A DNA stretch of 64,000 nt from Octopus bimaculoides (lineage: Eukaryota): positions 872,054 to 936,053 of the forward strand of contig NC_068997.1 of assembly GCF_001194135.2 (NCBI RefSeq), given 5' to 3'. Shown in pieces: positions 12,271 to 64,000 of this stretch. A program made the translations under genes and the position numbers. Under the pieces are notes generated by a model, which made no database searches, was not told where the DNA came from, and saw only the letters and a program-made list of their open reading frames with translations. The number at the start of each line of letters is the position of its first letter. Positions within the stretch are counted from its first letter, which is position 1.

Positions 12271-14252
12271 ACCCACGCCTATATATATATATATATGTGA
12301 CATTAATAAAAATCTGTAAATGTACAAACATCCAGATTTCTGAGTACCTTAATTTTTTTCTATATAATTTCTGTACATCACCTCCAAACCTTCATATATA
12401 TATATATATATATACACGTGTGTGTGTTTGTAATGACACAAACCTCAGTCAGAGAAATCAATAACTTGTACTTTCATGCAAAAACACTTTGTGGTATTTG
12501 TTCTGCCCTAGTTGCATGCATACAACTTTTTTCAGTTCCAAAAAATCAGTGTTTCATTGAAAATCTGTAACCAAGGATGTTATTTTGACAAAGAATGGCA
12601 TGAAGATAAAATGAAACAAATTTTAAAAAATAGCCAAAGAGGAAAGTGAATCACAAAACCAGTTACTTTGCAACCACAGAGTATATTGATTTCATTTGAT
12701 GAACCACAAGACTGAATTTAGTAAGAAACAGCTATAATTGATGTTGTTATTTAGATTCTCATTATCATTTTCCATGTTGGCATGGGTTGAATGGAACTGA
12801 TATGGTTGCTACAGTTGGAAGCCCTTCCGAACACCAACCACTCCACATAGTGTACTGGTTGCTTTTTATGCAACATTAGCACTGGTATCAATTCTGCTGG
12901 GACAGATGGGTCTTCTTGAGTACAGCAATGTACCAGACATCTCAGTCCTTAATCATCTCTTTTGTAAGGCTCAGTGTCTTCAGATCGGCCTTCATATCTT
13001 TATGGGTCTCCCTCTTCCACAAGTTCCATCCACTTTGTTACAAACAAAGATTTTACTATGTTTTACAGTGTGACGTCATTGAAATTATTTAAAACAAAAG
13101 AAAATCGTTGTTTGATAAACTATCATTTATTTCTGAGTAAAATATTTCCAATAAACTTATCAACTCTCACAAAACTTGAGAAATTATTGACAAAACTATT
13201 GAACTGTCAGCTAAAATCACATCAACATACATTTCATTCAAATTTCTTACTCAGTTAAATTTTTTTATCATGAAAAAATACAAAAATATGTGTAAATTTT
13301 TTTTAATAGAAATATAAAAATAAAAAAAAAGAAAAATTTCAAAATATTTACATGTTCTAAAAATACACACTATCTCTCCTGGGTACTTTATAAACATTTG
13401 TTTTATTTTCTTTTAGCAAAAATAAGGTATTCCATTAAGTAAGTGGTTCACAAGCTAGCTTTACAGTCACTCCATCTTAAGCTTATTGGAATAACTTAAA
13501 GACAGAATGGGTTGATTGCAATCTCCTTTGAAATTCCAGGTTCCAGTTGGAATAAAACCAAGAATTACTGGAAAATAGTTTCCTAAGCAATCGATGAATC
13601 TTGTTTTCTCACNNNNNNNNNNNNNNNNNNNNNNNNNNNNNNNNNNNNNNNNNNNNNNNNNNNNNNNNNNNNNNNNNNNNNNNNNNNNNNNNNNNNNNNN
13701 NNNNNNNNNNNNNNNNNNNNNNNNNNNNNNNNNNNNNNNNNNNNNNNNNNNNNNNNNNNNNNNNNNNNNNNNNNNNNNNNNNNNNNNNNNNNNNNNNNNN
13801 NNNNNNNNNNNNNNNNNNNNNNNNNNNNNNNNNNNNNNNNNNNNNNNNNNNNNNNNNNNNNNNNNNNNNNNNNNNNNNNNNNNNNNNNNNNNNNNNNNNN
13901 NNNNNNNNNNNNNNNNNNNNNNNNNNNNNNNNNNNNNNNNNNNNNNNNNNNNNNNNNNNNNNNNNNNNNNNNNNNNNNNNNNNNNNNNNNNNNNNNNNNN
14001 NNNNNNNNNNNNNNNNNNNNNNNNNNNNNNNNNNNNNNNNNNNNNNNNNNNNNNNNNNNNNNNNNNNNNNNNNNNNNNNNNNNNNNNNNNNNNNNNNNNN
14101 NNNNNNNNNNNNNNNNNNNNNNNNNNNNNNNNNNNNNNNNNNNNNNNNNNNNNNNNNNNNNNNNNNNNNNNNNNNNNNNNNNNNNNNNNNNNNNNNNNNN
14201 NNNNCAAACACAGACACACAAACATATACACACACATACATATATACATATA

Positions 14253-14418
14253 TACGATAGTCTTCTTTCAGTTTCCGTCTACCAAATCCACTCACAAGGC
14301 TTTGGTTGGCCCGAGGCTATAGTAGAAGACACTTGCCCAATGTGCCACGCAGTGGGACTGAACCCAGAACCATGTGGTTGGTAAGCAAGCTACTTACCAC
14401 ACAGCCACTCCTGCGCCT
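14253..14418 (-). mobile_element. tRNA-head SINE family A (5' half)
   Basis: Minus strand AGGCGCAGGAGTGGCTGTGTGGTAAG (A-box-like)...GGTTCAGTCCC (B-box-like); many near copies in the window. Confidence 0.8.
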
Positions 14419-14453
14419 GAAAACTCTCTTTTAGTTACTTAATAAATATTATG

Positions 14454-14545
14454 TTAACCCTTTAGCATTTAAATCAGCTGTATCTGGCTCAAATATTTTA
14501 TGTTAAAACTGGCTAGATCCAGCCTCTCACACCTATCCTACATTT
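14454..14545 (+). mobile_element. TTAA-CCCT-ended dispersed repeat (piggyBac-like MITE fragment)
   Basis: TTAACCCTTTAGCATTTAAA... recurs at 17678; related segments at about 51490-51785. Confidence 0.4.
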
Positions 14546-16147
14546 GACAGAATAATTTGAGTGCCCCAGGGTTAAGGGTACATTACCTTGTATGCAACCC
14601 AAGCCTCAAACTATGAGAGACTCTCACATATTCTTACAAGATCTATGACTACACTGAATCGCTGTGAGGCCTGTGAGTCAGAATGGCTGTTCAAAGCTCA
14701 TCTCCTTCACCATCCTCCAGGACAACCCTTTTTCCATTTTGTCTGCTGGGACCACAAAGTGGTTGGAATTTTAGGAAATTGACCACAACAGTTAAGAGGT
14801 AAACAGCTTCTAATTTATAACAAGGAGAGAAAAAAAGCATGAAGTTATGATATTCATGCCTTTCCTGAATGATATTATGTGAGCGAATGAGATTTTGATT
14901 CAGTGAGCACAACAATGTTAACATCTGATGGACCAAAAAATATATTGAAGCATATAAAAAGCTCATCCATTCATGACATTAAACAAACAAACATTACATT
15001 AAATTGGTTCCCTTCAACCATCATCATCATATTATTAATTTGACTTTTAATAAATGCATATTTTACTCTAGCACCATACTCATCATTAACATCGTCATTA
15101 TCATAATGATTAATATTTGGGAAAATTCATTGTTGAAATTATTAATATGTAAAGAAACTTTAAATTCCAAAAGTTAAGTACTTCAGAGAGGTAAGATTTG
15201 ATAAACAGAGTTGCTTTTTTTTTTACAACCTAATTTACAGGCAAATTTACTGGTCAAAATAATTAGTTTATTGATATCACTTAATCTAGCTTTTTATTTT
15301 ATAAAATGTTCTGGCCTAAGACCTATTACAGTAACTCTTCAGTTTAAGACCAAGAATTTCAGGAACCTGCAGTATTCTGAAACATTTCATTTTATGTTTG
15401 TTAACAGAAATAGTGAAGCCTACAACTGTCTTTCAAAGGACAACGGTTGAAAATTCAAGTAAACTAGTTGAGATTCAAACAATATAAGCCTTTACACTTT
15501 CTCCTGTCAATCTAAAAATAGGATCCAAATAAAAATTTAGAAAGCAGGAGATTTCAGATATGAAGAAATAAAGCTTATTGAGAGAAACTAAATGCATGAC
15601 AGTACTTTATATTTCACACAGTTAACTTTCCATTTAAATCCACATATTTTAATCAGTTTGATCTCCAGTTATCGGGTGTTTTATTCCTAAATATAAATAT
15701 AGCATTGGTAGATGGGATTCAAAGAAAGAATATGCAAAAGAGATAATTACTGTAAGATTAGAGAAAAGGTTCCTAGTTTGTATCTATATTGAGAAATAAG
15801 AATTGAAGTAATAATGATCAGAGATCTATGGCATTGAAACAATGTAGAAATAAAATTGTACATAGGCACTGTAAAAATGAAGTTAATAGTGCAAAAGAAT
15901 ATAATTTTAAGAAATCAAACTTGCAGATAACCCAAAGTACTCTTCCCAATGACTAACAGAAGAGAAACTGTTAATTGTTATCTTATTAAAAGAAAAAAAA
16001 AGTCCCAAATTTTGGAAAATAGAACAATCTCCCAACACTTCAATCCACAAATGGAAAAAGAATTATTACAAGTTGACTTTCCTACCATTCAACATTGAAC
16101 TATTTTAAAAACAAGAAAAGTTCCTGATATTTTAAAGGACATAAAGC

Positions 16148-16188
<41 letters not shown>

Positions 16189-16265
16189 AAATAAATACAC
16201 AAAAAAAAAAGAAATAATTTGAAGAATGAAAATTCAACAAAAAATAATTCCTTCTGAAGTTCTTC

Positions 16266-62048
<45,783 letters not shown>

Positions 62049-62429
62049 CTTCTAAGATGGTTGTATAGATTAGAGTATTTAATCAAAGATATGTGTTTAT
62101 AGATATATGTGTCTATCTGTGTGAATGTAGCTGTGTATGTGTGAGGGACTAAAATATGTAAAGTTATGCATATGTATATGTGTATTTATAAAGCATATAT
62201 ACATACACACACAAGTGTGTGTGTGTGTGTGTGCATATATAAAGCAGAAGGTTCTAAGTAAAAATATACTTTTGCCTGTCACATAAGCATGCTCATGAAA
62301 ATGCATTGATTTTATAAATGTAAAAGTTTATAAAATGCCATACATAGCTGTATATGTAGAAAAGACATGCATTTACAAGTAAATATACAAATACATATAA
62401 CGCCAAGATAAAGAGAACAGAAGCAATGT

Positions 62430-62780
62430 GTCTACCCTCGGGGTGGAGGTAGGGTGAGGCAAGCGGAGACGGGGATTTCCCGCCAAAACATAACACCGTC
62501 CCAATATGCCAACTGTCAGCTTGGTCTAATTCTTCTCAGACGCCTCACTTGACCAGCACTTTTAAGCAGAGGGGTCAGCAAAGTGTAGCGAAAAGCTTTC
62601 AGGCCAGAGCTAACTGCAAGTTATCCCCACAGATATTTAGGTCACTAGAGGGTGGTAATACAGTAGAGATGAGGTGGGAACTCGAGGAAATGTTGACAAT
62701 CTCCCACCACGCTTACAAATAGTCCTTTTGCTCTGTGATGTCACTTCCGTACCCAAGCTGAATCGCGGGAAATCTGTACA
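62430..62780 (-). promoter_or_regulatory. Candidate CDK2 promoter / 5' UTR exon region
   Basis: Locally GC/CpG-richer island 0.4-0.7 kb upstream of the ATG. Contains E2F-type TTTCCCGCCAAAA (62476-62488) and CGCGGGAAA (62764-62772), and GTGATGTCACTTCCG (62735-62749). Confidence 0.6.
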
Positions 62781-63458
62781 GTATTTTTGTTTTATTGTTC
62801 GAATATTAGTGAGTTTACAAAATGTCTGTTTCTATAAATATAGGGGGTGATATATTTGTAACACACTGTACCTTTGTTCATATTCATTCTCAGCAGCAGA
62901 GAATTTAAAGTATATATANNNNNNNNNNGTGTTTAGCTATAAATGTATGTATATATGTGTGATATATATATATATATATATAATAGTAATAATAGTATGT
63001 CTTACTATTTTACTTTTACAATTTTTTATCAGACTCTTTTTTTAAATGCAGTCTTGCATGCTAATGATGAATATTGCATTCATTTATTTTTTCTAGCAAG
63101 TAAGAGTAAAACCAAGTGGTTGAAAAAAAATTATCAAGATCTCTCTCTCTCTCCCCCCCTTTCTCTCTCCCTCGTGCTCTCTCTAAACGTGTGGACTATA
63201 TATATATATATATATATACACACTCAAATATACATACATTATACACATATATATATATATATACACACACACATGCCTATCTGTCTGTGTATATATATAT
63301 ATATATATATGGAAAACTATAAAAAAAAATAAACTGGAAACGCGGAGTGGTTGTAATGGAGTATCGATGCACTTTTGAATTTGAATGAATAAACTTTCTT
63401 AAAATATTTGAACTGGTAACAAGTTTATATTTATCTAACTAAATATTAGGATATTTTT

Positions 63459-63483
63459 TTCTCGGCCTTATGGTCAAGATCAA
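63459..63483 (+). pseudogene. U2 snRNA 5'-end fragment
   Basis: TTCTCGGCCTTATGGTCAAGATCAA versus U2 5' sequence TTCTCGGCCTT(T/A)TGGCTAAGATCAA; followed by TATC without the GTGTAG branch-recognition segment. Confidence 0.6.
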
Positions 63484-63531
63484 TATCAATTTCTAATATT
63501 TTCTGTTCAGTTTGTGCATCCTCTCGCATAC

Positions 63532-63564
<33 letters not shown>

Positions 63565-63699
63565 GAGAGAGATATGATCCACATGCGTGTGTATACCTTT
63601 TTTATTAAAGTTGCCAAAACTTTACAAAAAACAAAAAGACTGCTACTCAGAGTTTCACGTTCCCGATCCTTGGTCAGTTCTGATATACATATATGCCAT

Positions 63700-63967
63700 C
63701 TTTCGATAGCCGTACATGTAAAGTGAAAACCTTTCTTCGGCAATTTCCGTAAAAAAAACCTTACATAGTTTTTTTCTTCTGAATCACTTATGTTTGTATA
63801 TTTTTTGTATACACAAAATATATATGTATATACATATACTTACAGCCACATAAACACACATATATACACAAAAAGTACATGAACACAAGTGATTCAGAAA
63901 ATGAAAGAAAAAACATTTTTACGGAAATTGCCGAAAGCTTTCACTTTTCATGTACGGCTATCGAAAG
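63700..63967. repeat. Long imperfect inverted repeat (fold-back/MITE-like)
   Basis: CTTTCGATAGCCGTACATG...TTCGGCAATTTCCGTAAAA and inner TCTGAATCACTT are mirrored at 63862-63967. Confidence 0.8.
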
Positions 63968-64000
63968 AATGTCTTATACGTATGTATGTATATCTATATA

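Noticed and set aside
14253-14418. tRNA gene
   Set aside because: A/B-box-like motifs belong to a SINE head; no cloverleaf and multiple diverged copies with SINE bodies
12900-16265. CDK2 polyadenylation site
   Set aside because: Several minus-strand AATAAA candidates in AT-rich DNA; cannot choose without transcript data

Overview
Eukaryotic, AT-rich, microsatellite-dense scaffold with many N gaps. Its repeat landscape (tRNA-head SINEs, RTE tails ending in (GAT)n, Helitron ends in (TA)n) resembles an octopus/coleoid short-read assembly; this lineage call is inference. The one clear host gene is a complete CDK2 (PSTAIRE kinase) on the minus strand. It has 8 coding exons (62048 to 16266; 116/78/121/171/102/70/134/102 nt = 894 nt, 297 aa), all with GT-AG introns, and a candidate promoter carrying E2F and ETS-CRE-like motifs at about 62.4-62.8 kb. 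The rest is introns and intergenic DNA filled with decayed elements: a Tx1/L1-like LINE, RTE, R4/Dong-like and Penelope-like fragments, mariner/Tc1 pieces and MITEs, Helitron derivatives and two SINE families. The most notable unexplained structures are near-perfect fold-back hairpins in CDK2 intron 1 (candidate ADAR substrates), a U2 snRNA 5' fragment upstream of CDK2, a permuted LINE sitting in a (GATA)n tract, and a near-identical duplicated mariner segment. I found no new multi-gene system. Repeat boundaries are approximate and family names come from motif recognition, not database searches.
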